Below are positions 1 to 13,008 of a stretch of 64,000 nucleotides of DNA, in pieces. Source of the DNA: Eledone cirrhosa (lineage: Eukaryota); contig OZ024740.1 of NCBI GenBank assembly GCA_964016885.1, forward strand, positions 281,728,001 through 281,792,000, read 5' to 3'. The stretch's first letter is position 1. Every line of letters starts with the position of its first letter. The notes beneath the pieces are model-generated. The model did no database searches. It saw nothing but the letters and a program-made list of their open reading frames with translations, and was not told where the DNA came from. A program made the position numbers and the translations under genes.

Positions 1-329
1 AAAAAAAAAAACATGTTGTCATTTGTGCGATGAGACAAATAGGGCATGATGACCCATTTTTTCAGGCGATTGGAAGCCTTCCTTATAATGACTCCCTCTT
101 TACTGTTAGTGGGGAACTAGAACGGCATCTTTAATGCATGTTGGGACTGTGAGACAGTAACCGGTAGAATGGGGGTACAAAAGCATGTAGAACCTGATTA
201 GACAATTCCAACTATCTGGCACGTACCGACTACATTTCCCGAATGCGAGTATGTGGACATGGAGCACTCGCATTGGATCATCTAGATCATAATTACATAC
301 ACAAACACACACACATACATATATGTTTG

Positions 330-414
<85 letters not shown>

Positions 415-635
415 ATGTGTGTGTGAATATATATGTGTGTTCGAAAGTAATGTTTTTTTAGTATACCCCACACGGATAAACACACAGGAAAAAGAACTGA
501 AAAATGCAAATGGAGCCTTTCAGAAGGTTTATTTACAATAATTTATGAGTTTACCGGTTTCGCAAGTTTTGTGATTATCAAAAGTCAAGAGAGATGGAGA
601 AATGTGCGGCTATGTCAAAACACACACACACACAC

Positions 636-723
<88 letters not shown>

Positions 724-774
724 CATAGGCGGTATGCCGGTTCAGCACTCTGTGCTCTTACAGAGCAGAGTATG

Positions 775-1065
775 ATATAATAGAAAACGAAAAATCAGTG
801 ATGCATCTGAACTCAATTTATTGTCTGTTACAATTGTTTCACCGGCGGACAGATCGAGACGCGTTCATTGTGTGGATCTGTGTGATTCTGGACCCGCAGG
901 TTCGCACGGACACATATTCTCCAAAATCATTAGACGAGTCCATCGAACCTGCGGGCCCAGAATCAAACAGATCCACATAATGATCGCGTCTCGAGCTGTC
1001 CGCCGGTGAAACAATTGTAACACACAATAAATTGAGTTCAGATGCATTACTGATTTTTCGTTTTC

Positions 1066-1072
<7 letters not shown>
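775..1072. repeat. (TA)n-flanked fold-back module; each arm carries the 3' half of an HHR (GAAA-CAATTG-TA)
   Basis: Arms ~775-904 and 944-1072 are reverse complements with a few mismatches, around a 39-bp spacer. It resembles a PLE pseudo-LTR tail. Confidence 0.8.
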
Positions 1073-1129
<57 letters not shown>

Positions 1130-1156
1130 ATGTCACTACTATTATAACAGCCGCTG

Positions 1157-1215
<59 letters not shown>

Positions 1216-1221
<6 letters not shown>

Positions 1222-1408
1222 AAAAGTTTAATCCCGACGGCAGAGCTCAAGCCGATTCGACGGGTAATTCTGGTCCAGAAATACCCGTCGAAACTGCTTG
1301 AGCTCTGCCGTCGGGGTTAAACTTTTTCCTATTACCCACTCTACTACCCTATGTATGAGTACTCTGGTGCGTTATGGTCCATCTGGTTCCTTACCACACT
1401 TCCTTCGT
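1216..1408 (+). mobile_element. PLE-type tail with fold-back; homolog at 2967-3166 (-)
   Basis: Inverted repeat 1216-1332. GAAA-C(T/G)GC-ttgagctct-GCCG-TC-GGGG matches HHR stem III plus a GUC site. Flanked by (TA)n. Confidence 0.7.
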
Positions 1409-2052
1409 TATATATATATAATAAAATATGGAGAAAAATACTGCAGGTAGCGCATGGATAACATGTAATAAAATGAGTCCCTCATCAGTGATTTGCCGAA
1501 GATCATAGATATTTCATTGCATTTGGACGTCATAAACGGGTAGCGAGTACGAATGCACTAAATTCTGGTGGCCAACAAAGCCTGCAGTAAATAAATGTTG
1601 GTTTGTCTGTACTCCCACTGACCGTATAAAGTTGTCGTCCAAGGTGGTGGAGGACTGGTAGATAGATTGACAAATAGGGTTGTTGGTATTCCCAGTTGTC
1701 GTTTAGTGGTCAGCCACCCACACCCCTGCGACTAAGCAGGGCTGCCGGGATGTCCTGAAAATAAGAAGGGTGCGGACACTCAAAGCAAAAACATGCACAT
1801 TTTTTTTTGTCCGCTCCCTTCAACACCAGATTGCCTCGAAAATGTTACCTTTTAATCAATTTTTGCTGTCTGAAGAAATCACGATGTCTATTGTCAGTGA
1901 AATATGTATAACGGCTCAATTAATAAAGGACCCTAACATCTTCAACTTCACATTTTCCCTTTATTAATATACTCCGTCATCTTTGTTTTTAGGAAGTAAT
2001 ATGGCGTTGAGTGCTAGAAGTGAATTTCACCATTATATACCGAATATATATA

Positions 2053-2947
2053 CGAGGTGTATCAGAAAAGTTCTAGGACTGATGTCACAAAAGATTTATT
2101 TCAAACCCAAACTTAACACTAAGAGTTTTCTCCTTCAAAGTAATCCCCCTGGAGTATGTAACTGTAATCTTAGCTCTCTGCAGCGATCAAACTTTTTTCT
2201 TCATAATTTTATATACATGTCCTCTGTTTCAGGTCGTCAAGTAATGAGCACAGAGCAACAAACAAACTTGAAAACTCCGTCAGAAGCACTGGGATTTCTG
2301 CAGAAAGTGTATGGAGATGAGACGATGTACCGCTCACGTGTTTTTGAGTGGTGCAAGAGGTTTAAAGAAGGACGTGAGGACGTGGGAGACGGCCCCAGGA
2401 GCGGAAGGCCCTCAACAACCAGGACTGAGGTCAACGTTGAGCGCGTCAGGCAGATGGTGCGTAGCGATCGTCGGCTGACTGTTCGACTGATGGCAAATGA
2501 GCTGGGCATGAATCGGGACTGCGTCTGGAAGATTCTCACTGAAGATTTGGACATGCAGAAAATCTGCGCGAAGATGGTGCCAAAACTGCTGAACGATGAC
2601 CAGAAGAGTCGACGCATGCAAGTGTGCCAGAACATCCTCGAGCGTCTTGAAACCAAAACAGACTTGCTAGGGGGAGTCATCCCCGGTGATGAGTCATGGA
2701 TCTTCGAGTACGACACGGAGGTGACCCGTTTTGAAGACGTGGACTACATCAAAAAGGCCGTGACGACGGAACTGCGGAGGATCCCGGAAGAATCCATCCA
2801 GGAGTGCATGCAAGCGTGGCAGAAAGGATGGAAAAGGGCATTAGACGCCAGGGGGATTATTTTGAAGGAGAACATGCATAGTGTGAAGTTTGGGTTTGAA
2901 ATAAATATTTTGTGACATCAGTCCTGCAAGTTTTCTGACCCACCTCG
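2053..2947 (+). mobile_element. Internally deleted, non-autonomous mariner transposon
   Basis: TA|CGAGGTG...CACCTCG|TA ends with ~100-bp imperfect TIRs. The ORF has the HTH region, PRSGRP, the MVPKLL linker and GDESWIFEYD, then jumps to the C-terminus with the D34D portion missing. Confidence 0.93.
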
Positions 2948-2966
2948 TATATATATGTATATATAT

Positions 2967-3166
2967 AACGAAGCAGGTGTGGTAAGGAACCAGATGGACC
3001 ATAACGCACCAGAGTACTCAATACTTAGGGTAGTAGAGTGGGTAATAGGAACATGTTAGACCCCGACGGCAGAGCTCAAGCCGTTTCGACGGCTATTTCT
3101 AGAATAGCCGTCCAGAAATAGCCGTCGAAACGGCTTGAGCTCTGCCGTCGGGGTCTAACATTTTCA
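2967..3166 (-). mobile_element. PLE-type tail with fold-back (copy of the 1216-1408 family)
   Basis: Reverse-complement homology to 1275-1408, inverted repeat ~3053-3161, TA-flanked. Confidence 0.7.
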
Positions 3167-3230
3167 TATATATATATATATATATATAAAGGTTGTTCCA
3201 CAACTGTTAGGTCACCATACCTAGAACAGA

Positions 3231-3271
3231 CCGAGCTGAATATCCGCTTAAGGTGAAACATCTGTTTTCGG
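3231..3271 (+). ncRNA. Minimal type I HHR, variant core, inside TA-flanked module 3189-3369
   Basis: CCGAG-CTGAATA-tCCgcttaaGGt-GAAA-CATCTG-TT-TTCGG. The homolog at 35355-35392 has canonical CTGAGGA. Confidence 0.6.
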
Positions 3272-3368
3272 TATGGTGAACTAACTGTTGTGGAACTACT
3301 TCTACCAAACTCGTCCCATGGACTGAGTGCTCCACTACTACGGATATAACCCACCAGTGTTCTACTCT

Positions 3369-3400
<32 letters not shown>

Positions 3401-3534
3401 TATAAATATATATATAAAAGAAAATTCCTCTCTACATGGCTGAATACAATAAATGTAATCTGGGTTTTTTGAATATTAATAATAACATTATAATTTCACA
3501 TTATATTTTCACTAGCTCTGAGAGTTTGGCAGGT

Positions 3535-3596
3535 GAACAGTGAGCTGTACTGATGAAGGGTGATACCCAGAAACGTTAGTGTCTGTAGTTCTGTTC
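3535..3596 (+). ncRNA. Type I hammerhead ribozyme motif
   Basis: GAGCTGTA-CTGATGA-aGGGtgataCCCa-GAAA-CGTTAGTG-TC-TGTAGTTC, GUC site. Homolog at 40657. Confidence 0.75.
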
Positions 3597-4391
3597 GCAT
3601 GCCAACACAAGAGCAAGAATGAAGTGTTCATTCTACTGACATGGATATAAAATTGAGGTTTGTTTGCAAAATTGCAAACGAATCGAATGTTATTATTAAT
3701 ATTCGAAAAACTCAGATTACATTTATATACGTATATATATATATATGTTTATATATATATTACATTCAAAGTTATGGATGTCATGATTGAGATAATCTCG
3801 AACATGTATCTTCTTTCTCAAAATCAGCTCATAGAAAAATTTCAAAATCATTACAAATATTGAGACATATATACACATAAATATCTAATGAGATGAATGT
3901 ATAAGATATATCAAACTTTAACAAGAGAAAATATGTATAGAATGTAAGAATATATAGCTTGTTACAGTATCATATTAAAATTTAACAAAAAATTCAAACA
4001 TAGATACCTGATAAAAATCATATATATCTCCCTCATATGTATCCTTCAGAAAACATGAATACATTTCACCAAATATCGGTGAAGTTAGATAATCGATTTT
4101 GGATCGTCAGTGAGTGAAATCGATCTATCTAAACTTACACCCGTTAACATACAGAACTGAAGGCGACGAGACAAGCACATGGTATTATTTTTAAAAAAAA
4201 ACAATGAACGCAGTCAAAGCCCGCAGTGATATGAAAGGGTTCAGGCCAACTAGAAATAGCAGTCTAACATCACAAGTATAAATAAATAAAAATAAAAATA
4301 AACTCGATTTCATTGTTTTGTGGAGAGCTCAATGGAAGATACGAAAAAACCATGTTCCAGAATACACTTATGGAAGAATATTATAGAATCT

Positions 4392-4496
4392 ATCCCGCCG
4401 AGGTTAACTTTGCCTTTCATCCTTACGGGGTCGATAAAATAAAGTACCAGTAATGCACTGGGTAATTGCTGGCCTTGTGCCAAAAGTAGAAACAAT
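4392..4496 (+). mobile_element. 5'-truncated SINE with Nin-like central domain
   Basis: Motif GCCTTTCATCCTTACGGGGTCGATAAAATAAAGTACCAG, repeated at 16141, 26608, 31917 and 52817. Confidence 0.75.
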
Positions 4497-4831
4497 TATA
4501 GAATCTATATTAATTATATATTGTTGTACATATGTCAAGGTACAATAGTAATCAGAATATAAAAACATTACTTACATTACTTGTTATACTTAGATTGTAC
4601 CTATACAGTTGCTTCGAATCATAGACAAAAATACATCAATTGCCATAAACAAGTCAGAATTAGTGAATGAATCCAAAGACTTAGATTCTCTTCAGTAGCT
4701 GGTGTCTTATTTCTCGTACAACAAAATATAATCTGTCTATTAGGAGACAGTTGAATCACTGACTCGTAATAGTTAGTCAAATGACTCCATGCTGGAATTA
4801 AAGCATTAAATGTGCTTTTTGGGGAGACGTC

Positions 4832-7800
4832 CAGTGGCGTAACTAGCTTTTAAAGCCAGGGGGGCAAATTCGATCTAAAGGGGGCCCACCAATTCCATAC
4901 GCTCATTTCCATCGACTGCAAGGAAATATGTTCATACACGCATATAGAATAGATAATAATTTATAATAGAGTAGACATCATCATAGATTACAGAGTTAGC
5001 ATGTTCCGTGAAAACTTTATTAACTGAGAAGACGGTGGTCTATCTTCAGAAAAAAAACAACCAATAAAACTAGCTTTGCAATCGATTATTCACCAACAAA
5101 AATTCGTATGTACAACAAATCGTCCATCTAAAACTTTACTATCACATTCGAGCACATCACTTGTTCTACAGTTCTAATTTGCGATGTTTTACTTTAGAAA
5201 ATGTTTCAATCACGATGCTGAAGTCAATTTTTTCAGCCAGTTCTCGCTCTATGTACATCATTGCCAGAGCATTCAACCGCTCTTCACTCATGGTACTACG
5301 CAAATAATTCTTTATCAGTTTGAGCCTGCTGAAGCTTCGCTCAGCCTGCGCCGAGCTAACCGGAATAGTTATGAACATTTTGTATAAGGCAAACACGTTC
5401 GGATAGGCTCTATCTAAGTCATTAGAAATCATAAACGGAACGATCTCAGAACTCGATATGGATTTATCTAAACACACTTCCTTGTAAAAATCTTTGAATG
5501 ATAAATACTCGTCGTGATAGCGTCATTTTCGATGTCACCCCCGTAGAATTTCACAAGATTATCGATTCTTTCTCTATTGCATGTGTCGTCGTCGTCGAAG
5601 TGCTCCGTTATCAAGCACGAAAAATCCTTCACTAGATCGTGCAAGTCGGCAAAACGTTCGTTAAAGCTACTAATGATTCTATCTAAGATAGTGAAATAAA
5701 CGTCCCGTTTAAAATGCTGAGTCATCGTCTCATGAGGTTCGTCACTGGCATTTTCGTCATGAAACGCTTTTTTTTCTTTTTCGTTTTTCTATTGTAAACT
5801 CTGGTTCAACTTGACATTGCTCGGCGAGATTTTTAGCGTCTGATAATGTTCGGTCAAAATATTCATTTGAGCGGATGTCTTCAATTTCTTTTACTTCATT
5901 TTTAATCATGACGTCCGCGGAATATAAGTCGATAGCCTCCTTCTGCAAATATTGTGAAACAGAATGCAGCTTTTTAAGTAAATTCTGAAAAGACTTCAAC
6001 ATGAAAATGAATTCAAACTTGCTCACATTTAGTAGCAAACCTCTGGCCTCGGCTAATACTTTCGGAGCAGTGTTGTGAATATCCCCACTTATTATCCTCT
6101 CTAGTGCACTTATTACTGCCGGTAAGTTGTTAATGGTAGCCTCTACAGCCTGAATGTGACTAAATCAGCGCGTATCTGAGAATCTTTTTAATGTTAATAC
6201 CGTTGAAGTCAATAGTTTTTCTTGTTCTTCTTCGAGGATTTTCAGCCTTGGCAAGCTTGATGTTAAGAAAACATACAGGCTCTCCAATATACCAAAAAAT
6301 AATTTACCATCCACTGACGATTGGCTAACATCGATTAACACCAGGTTCAGGTTATGAGCGCAACAATGGACGTAAACAGCTTTTGAAGAGCATCTCTCTT
6401 TAACTCTAGCCTGAAGCCCAGAAATATGACCGGACATATTCGACGCTCCGTCGTAAGCTTGTCCCCTAATATATTGAGCATCCAAGGAGAGATCCTGGAA
6501 AAGAACTTTCACAAGAGTATCGTAAAATGATTCAGTGGCTGCTGATTCTAGTTCACAAAACGACAGGAAATGCTCCTTGCGATACATATCGCAGTGACAC
6601 AGAGCATTGATCCTGATGCGAAATGTCTATTGTGGAATCGACGATGACTGAATAGTATTTTGCCGCTTTCACTTCCGTGATTATTTGTTGAGTACATTCG
6701 TTTGCCAGGCATTCTATGAATTCGTTTTGTAATTTTGGACTTAAGTACATAGGCTGTCTTTTAGTGCGCCCAGGCGAGATTAAATGGCTTTCCAAGATCG
6801 TATCATACTTGGCCATCAATTTCAACAATTCAATAAAGTTTCCTTCATTTTCTGATTTGGCGCCAAGTCCAGCATATTCCCTGTGACCTCTGAGGGCCAG
6901 GCCTTGTTTTGCGATAAATAACGTACAATCAAGCAATCGCCTCAATATCTGGCGATTTCGTTCAATTCGCTTCTTCTCTTCATGGATGAGGTTATCGATC
7001 ACTGTTTTATCTGCGTCCAAACGATATTTTGTCATGAAGTATTGCTTTTGTGCATTGATGTGAATGGCACTTTTCTCGTGCTTGGCAATTTTTTCGATTC
7101 CCTTTTTGGAGTTTGTCATCCCACACTCTGAATTACCCCAGGTCTTCGAGTAAGATTCGGCATTTTTATCAGCAAACAGCCAACAACAAAAGCAATATAG
7201 TCTGTTGGATTCAGGAGAGTATACTAACCAGTGTCGGTCAACTTTATGGATTCCAGCACACTTTCTCTTGTACCAACTGATGTTGAATTTTCTGTGGTTC
7301 GAGTCGAGAGGGAAATCAGCAAAATTATCTTTCAATCCTGGCTGACAAGGACCAACGGCCATGAGGGCGCGAATTAGAGGTGTCGTCAATGGTCTGTCCT
7401 CGAAATGTTTCGGGTCGCTTGGATACTTCTCTTGTAAATTCAACATGCATTCTACTGGCTCATACTCTGGGATTTGTTTTGCCAATGTAGTTTCCTCTGA
7501 ATCATTTTCATTTTCAGATTCCGATACAGCCATTTTTCCCTCTATTGAGTTCGGATCCCCAGTTGGAACTACATCTTCAGTGACTACGACGGTTGTTGAG
7601 ATAGTCGATGGGCCTGAGGCATCTTCGACGTCAGGTTCTCGTGTCTCTCCAGTGCTTTCTGTTTCTCCAGTTCATCTGACCAGACCGTCTCGCCGGAAAT
7701 TACGTTGCTTTGGGATGTGTCACTACTTGTTGACGAAGACTGTTGACTTTTCAGAAAACTTGTGATTAGATGACATTTCTTTGCAGATTCTTCCGTGGCA

Positions 7801-9064
7801 GCTTGTCTAGCTTCTCTCCTCTTTGTTGCTCCAGTTCTGTAAGTTTTTTTAGGCAGCATTGTTAATGAGCACTATATTGACACTGTTTTCCAGTGGCTTT
7901 GTCTTAAAAAAAACTTCTTCCTTTTTCTTTTTTTTTTCTATAAGTCTTTAAGTGCCGAAATAGCTTGTGATTAGAAAGCCACTTCACTTACCGCATTTCT
8001 CTGGTCCTGGCAAGGTCGTTGGCTGGTTTTCCTCTCTTCCACGTGTGTACAATCCAGCTCGCCGATCGCAGCCTCAAATTGCACGTCTGTCTCAGTTCGA
8101 TGACCGCCGGAGAAGAGAAAGGGGCCTCTCAAGCTGACTTCACATCTGCTCGCCCTTCCGGTCGAGCACGCTTCCGGTCAAGCACGCCCAGCCTCCGGCC
8201 ACTACACACCACACCATACCCACAATGAGAACTAAATTGACACACTTGGAATAATGCAATTTGCTTGATTTGATATTCAACACCGAAGAATGTAAAACAC
8301 GTCAAATAATCGACGAAAAACAAAACATAGAGCAAAAGTTCAGGAAATGTCGCAAATACCAAATTGTTCTAAAATGTGACTAATGATAAAAAGTAACAAC
8401 ATAAATAAAAATATTATATATATTTTTTCTATATATACACACAATATATAGATATATATATATGTGTGTATATACTCATGCATAATTATACTTTTAATTA
8501 AATATTAGGTTAAAAACCTGAGTATCGAGAATAAAATAAGTATGTATTACAACATTTCAAACAAATAGAATAATATAGAATTTAGATATCAAATCATTTA
8601 TTTATATTTACAAATCAAAGAATATAATAATCGGTTTTTAATGAGATCCCTGTGATTGATGCAAGGCTATTAATTTGTCAATGTTTGGTGTGAAAGCCGT
8701 TAGAGAGAGTCGTAAGTCACCTCTTCTTTCTATATCAAGGCGATTTTGACTTTTTGAAAGCAGATGCATCTCCTGACTGAAACCTGACTCAACTAAGTAA
8801 GATGTGGGGAAAGCAAGTAAAGAAAATGTTACGTGTTTATTCGACGGAATATTGTCTACACTTTTTTATAGATGCAGTTGCCATTTTATCCGAAATATTA
8901 TATTTTTTAAATAAACAAGAGATTGGTCTTAACTTCTAGTCTTATTAGAGATTAAGCGTTTTCTTTACGTTGTTAAATTATGTGTTTAGAATTATAGCAT
9001 AGGTGGCCCACCTAGAGCGACAGGAAAGCCAGGGGGGCAGCCCCGCCCGTTAGTTACGCCACTG
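4832..9064 (-). mobile_element. Full-length hAT (Tip100/ZMYM1-like) DNA transposon
   Basis: TIRs CAGTGGCGTAACTA...TAGTTACGCCACTG. 8-bp TSD GAGACGTC (4824-4831) / GAGGCGTC (9065-9072). Transposase inside. Confidence 0.95.
5166..7859 (-). pseudogene. hAT transposase broken by frameshifts and a stop
   Basis: Consecutive ORFs carry a TTF-type Zn finger (WLVYS..LYCFCC), DUF4371-like LALRGH, DSTID, GQAYDGASNM, HCCAHNLNL, SDTR* (DTRW) and the dimerisation motif AERSFSRLKLIK. Confidence 0.93.
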
Positions 9065-9301
9065 GAGGCGTCATGTGGATAACAAAAAGGTTGAGGGAAG
9101 GGCTAGAAATAGCTCAAGAACTCATTCTAATAGAGCTGCTCATTCGATTAATGGTAACAGTATATAAAACAAGCAAAAATATATCGAAATAAAAACATCT
9201 CGACTTTGTTATTCTGTAATGAGATCAAAGGAAATAAGATGCGAAGAAGCCCTATACTGGAGCACCACCTCCATCCACATATATATATATATATATATAT
9301 A

Positions 9302-9500
9302 TAACCTTTTGTAGTTAGGAATGGTAGTAGCTTCCTGAACTTTTTCCAATCCATTCTCTCACTCTGGCTACTATACCTTCGAAACACCCACCTCCACTGC
9401 ATATTTGGTTGCCCAGGTAACAGAAACTATAAAAGTATTTCTACTAAACCCTCTGGACATTTAAAGGAGCTAGTATCCTGTGGGCTCATGCTACTTACTG
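9302..9500 (-). mobile_element. Degraded RTE-like LINE fragment
   Basis: Translates across frameshifts to GGGC.EGIVARVR..WKKFRKLLPFLTTKG. Confidence 0.6.
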
Positions 9501-9528
9501 CACCTGTGCAACAACCACATATAAATGT

Positions 9529-9793
9529 AGCTTGTTCCCTTCCTCTCTACGGTTAGCTCTCCTCTTCGTTGTTTACTTGTCTCACTCGCTTTACGCGTTT
9601 TAATTGTCCTAATAACTTAATTTAGTTATTATTGCACCGACGTGAGGTATATGATTTTTAATGCAATGAAATATCTATGATCGTCGGCAAATCACTGATG
9701 AGGGACTCATTTTATTACATGTTATCCATGTGCAACCTGCAGTATTCTTCTCCCCATTTTTTCACATATATTTACCTAAACTGCGATTCTGTT

Positions 9794-9824
<31 letters not shown>

Positions 9825-10283
9825 TACTACTCCCTCGTTCTCTCTGTTTCTCCTACTTTCTTTCGCCCCCTCTGTCATGTCAGTTAACTCTTCCTCACAC
9901 TTCCACTCACCCACTCACTGTTTCCCCCCTTCTCACTTCACCCCGTTCGCGACGAAAACATTTTCTCTCTTTCTCACATTTGGATTCATCTCGAAAGGTC
10001 TTTTTTCTAAGCGCTCATATATTCACCTAGCTTATGCTAACAGAATAACTATGAAGCTTGTTTCCTTCCTCTACGGTTAGCTCTCCTCTTCGTTGTTTAC
10101 TTGTCTCACTCGCTTTACGCGTTTTAATTGTCCTAATAACTTAATTTAGTTATTATTGCACCGACGTGAGGTATATGATTTTTAATGCAATGAAATATCT
10201 ATGATCGTCGGCAAATCACTGATGAGGGACTCATTTTATTACATGTTATCCATGTGCAACCTGCAGTATTCTTCTCCCCATTT

Positions 10284-10288
<5 letters not shown>
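9529..10288 (+). repeat. ~235-bp direct repeat (9529-9766, 10056-10288) ending at (TA)n; third partial copy at 1421-1525 (-)
   Basis: Near-identical copies, in a tandem arrangement typical of PLE pseudo-LTRs. Confidence 0.8.
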
Positions 10289-10312
<24 letters not shown>

Positions 10313-10322
<10 letters not shown>

Positions 10323-10643
10323 CAAACGGAATAGAAAATGGTGACAAATTGTTCACAGTGAAAAATAATTTAATTAGGAATAAATGAGAATTAGTAATTG
10401 TATTGGTTAGTATTCAGATCAGAGCAAATATCACGGACGCTCTATCTCAAAATTATTTTTGAAAAGCATTTAGAAATGCGCAACCGGTAAAATTAAAACC
10501 AAAACTGAATACTAACCAATACAATTACTAATTCTCATTTATTGCTAATTAAATTATTTTTCACTGTGAACAATTTGTCAGCATTTTCTATTCCGTTTAC
10601 CAATATATAATAACTTGTGTGTTACACCTCTATTCTTTTAACT
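10313..10643 (+). repeat. TA-flanked fold-back module with a decayed HHR in the spacer
   Basis: Arms ~10313-10417 and 10505-10608. Spacer reads TTGAAAA-GCATT-taga-AATGC-GCAA-CCGG-TA. Confidence 0.7.
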
Positions 10644-10823
10644 ATATATATATATATATATATGGCCTTTTAACTTATGTTGTAGCTCTAGTTCATTAGC
10701 TTCTATGGAGCGCTTGCCACACATCTCGGAAGTTGTTTTTCGCTAATTTTCAATAGCTGAAATAAGATTCTCGCTAATTTATATTTATATTTGTAGGTTT
10801 GTATGTATGTTTGTATGTATATA

Positions 10824-10860
<37 letters not shown>

Positions 10861-10999
10861 ATATATATATGTGTGTATATGTATGTATGTGTGTGTATAT
10901 TTTTATATATATATATATATATTTATGTATATATATATATATATATATATGTATATGTATATATATGTGTATATGTGTGTGTGTGTATATATATATATA

Positions 11000-11069
<70 letters not shown>

Positions 11070-11109
11070 CATGTGTGTGTGTGTGTATGTATGTGTGTGT
11101 GTGTTTGTT

Positions 11110-11188
<79 letters not shown>

Positions 11189-11258
11189 CATACACGCACG
11201 TATGTGCATATGCACACACATGCACACAAGCACACACACATATACACACATATATATG

Positions 11259-11292
<34 letters not shown>

Positions 11293-11298
<6 letters not shown>

Positions 11299-11546
11299 AT
11301 TAAATAAATGGAAAACTATATTTATAAAACCATATTTATTTCATTATATATATTTCGGGGATATCATATTAACAATATGCTATGCCTTCATCAGACAAAA
11401 TACAATATAAACAGTTTTATAAAACTGTTTATATTGTATTTTGTCTGATGAAGGCATAGCATATTGTTAATATGATATCCCCGAAATATATATAATGAAA
11501 TAAATATGGTTTTATAAATATAGTTTTCCATTTATTTAATATTGTA
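11293..11546. repeat. 254-bp perfect spacerless palindrome with an HHR in each arm
   Basis: Centre at 11419/11420. Right arm reads ttttgt-CTGATGA-[atagcatatt gtt aatatgatat stem]-GAAA-TATATA-TA-atgaaata. Confidence 0.85.
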
Positions 11547-11630
11547 AATATACTCCAAATATTTGTCGAGTGCTTTTATATCAGTTATAAATATTTACTA
11601 GTTGTAACCCAACAATTTTAAATATAACTT

Positions 11631-11726
<96 letters not shown>

Positions 11727-11800
11727 TTGTGTGTATGTGTGTGTATATGTATATATATGTGTGTGTATGTGTTTTATATATATATGTGTGTGTATGTATG

Positions 11801-11835
<35 letters not shown>

Positions 11836-11922
11836 GTATATATATCTATGTGTATTTGTGTGTATATGTATACACATGTATATTTGTGTTTGTATGTATG
11901 TGTGTGAGTGTATTTATATGTG

Positions 11923-11959
<37 letters not shown>

Positions 11960-12001
11960 ATTTATATGTGTGTGTGTATATATATATATATATATACACG
12001 T

Positions 12002-12220
12002 GAAGGCGTGTGGCTGAGTGGTTAGAGAATTGGATTCACAATCTTGAGGTTGTGAGTTCGATTCGTGGACCGGACGATGCGTTATGTCCTTGAACAAGAC
12101 ATTTTATTTCACGTTGTTCTTTCTACCTGGAGTTGCGACCGATAGATAGTATTAGCAACTGGAAAGACCGACGGAAACATTGTTTCCTCGGTCCGATTTG
12201 ACGAAAGTCGATCGATCCTT
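12002..12220 (+). mobile_element. tRNA-derived SINE in (TA)n, ending in a double hairpin
   Basis: A box TGGCTGAGTGG, B box GAGTTCGATTC. Homolog at 36711-36929 (-). Confidence 0.85.
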
Positions 12221-12824
12221 TATATATATATATATATGTATGTGTGTATGTATATGTATGTATATAAATATATTTTTATATATATGTGTGTGTGTTTTTA
12301 TGTGTGTATATGTGTATGTGTATGTGTGTTTATGGTTGCGCGTGAGTGTGTGAGTGAGTATGTTTTTTTGTGAATGTGTCTGTTGATTTTTGGCATATAG
12401 TTGATTAGTTTAAGAGAAGTTAGAAGATAATTGTAAGATATGCACTCAGTATTTTGAATCTGTCTACAGAATTCTCTAAACCTTTGTCACTTGGTAGAAC
12501 CTTAATGATTTTAGCTTTTAAAGAATCTCCTTTTTCTTTAATTCTATCGACCATGACTGACCCCCCACTGATCTTATAGACATCTGTTAGCTTAAGAGAA
12601 ACTTAATGACAAGGAATGGTATGCCATCCGGAACCTGTTTATAGAATTCTGTCTGCCCTTGTTACTCTAAAAACATAAATAAATAAAAATAAACTATAGC
12701 TTTGTAGAATTAGCTTTTAATGAATTCCCTTTTCTATCAACCAATGACCTACACCCATCCCACTCCCCACCCTCTCCTACCACTTGTAGAGACCTAGAAA
12801 TACCATTTTTATTTTTTGATACCC

Positions 12825-12875
12825 AGATTCCTGATGATTTCTAAAGAATGAAACAGTTCTAGTCCTGTAGAATCT
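12825..12875 (+). ncRNA. Type I HHR in PLE-type tail (~12400-12958)
   Basis: AGATTC-CTGATGA-tTTCtaaaGAAt-GAAA-CAG ttctagtc CTG-TA-GAATCT. Confidence 0.85.
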
Positions 12876-12957
12876 CATCTATATTAAAACTTTTATACTC
12901 TGCTATGTATTGAGTACCTTACTTACTGTGGTTACCTCCGATTCAACCCGGAATAAC

Positions 12958-13000
<43 letters not shown>

Positions 13001-13008
<8 letters not shown>

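Noticed and set aside
7361-7765. 134-aa plus-strand ORF, and similar antisense ORFs at 2237, 33320 and 56119
   Set aside because: Shadow frames of transposase or RT sequence on the opposite strand.
9635-9712. CTGATGAG and GAAA in the 235-bp direct repeat as a hammerhead
   Set aside because: The order and pairing do not give a convincing stem II or III in any permutation. At best it is heavily decayed.
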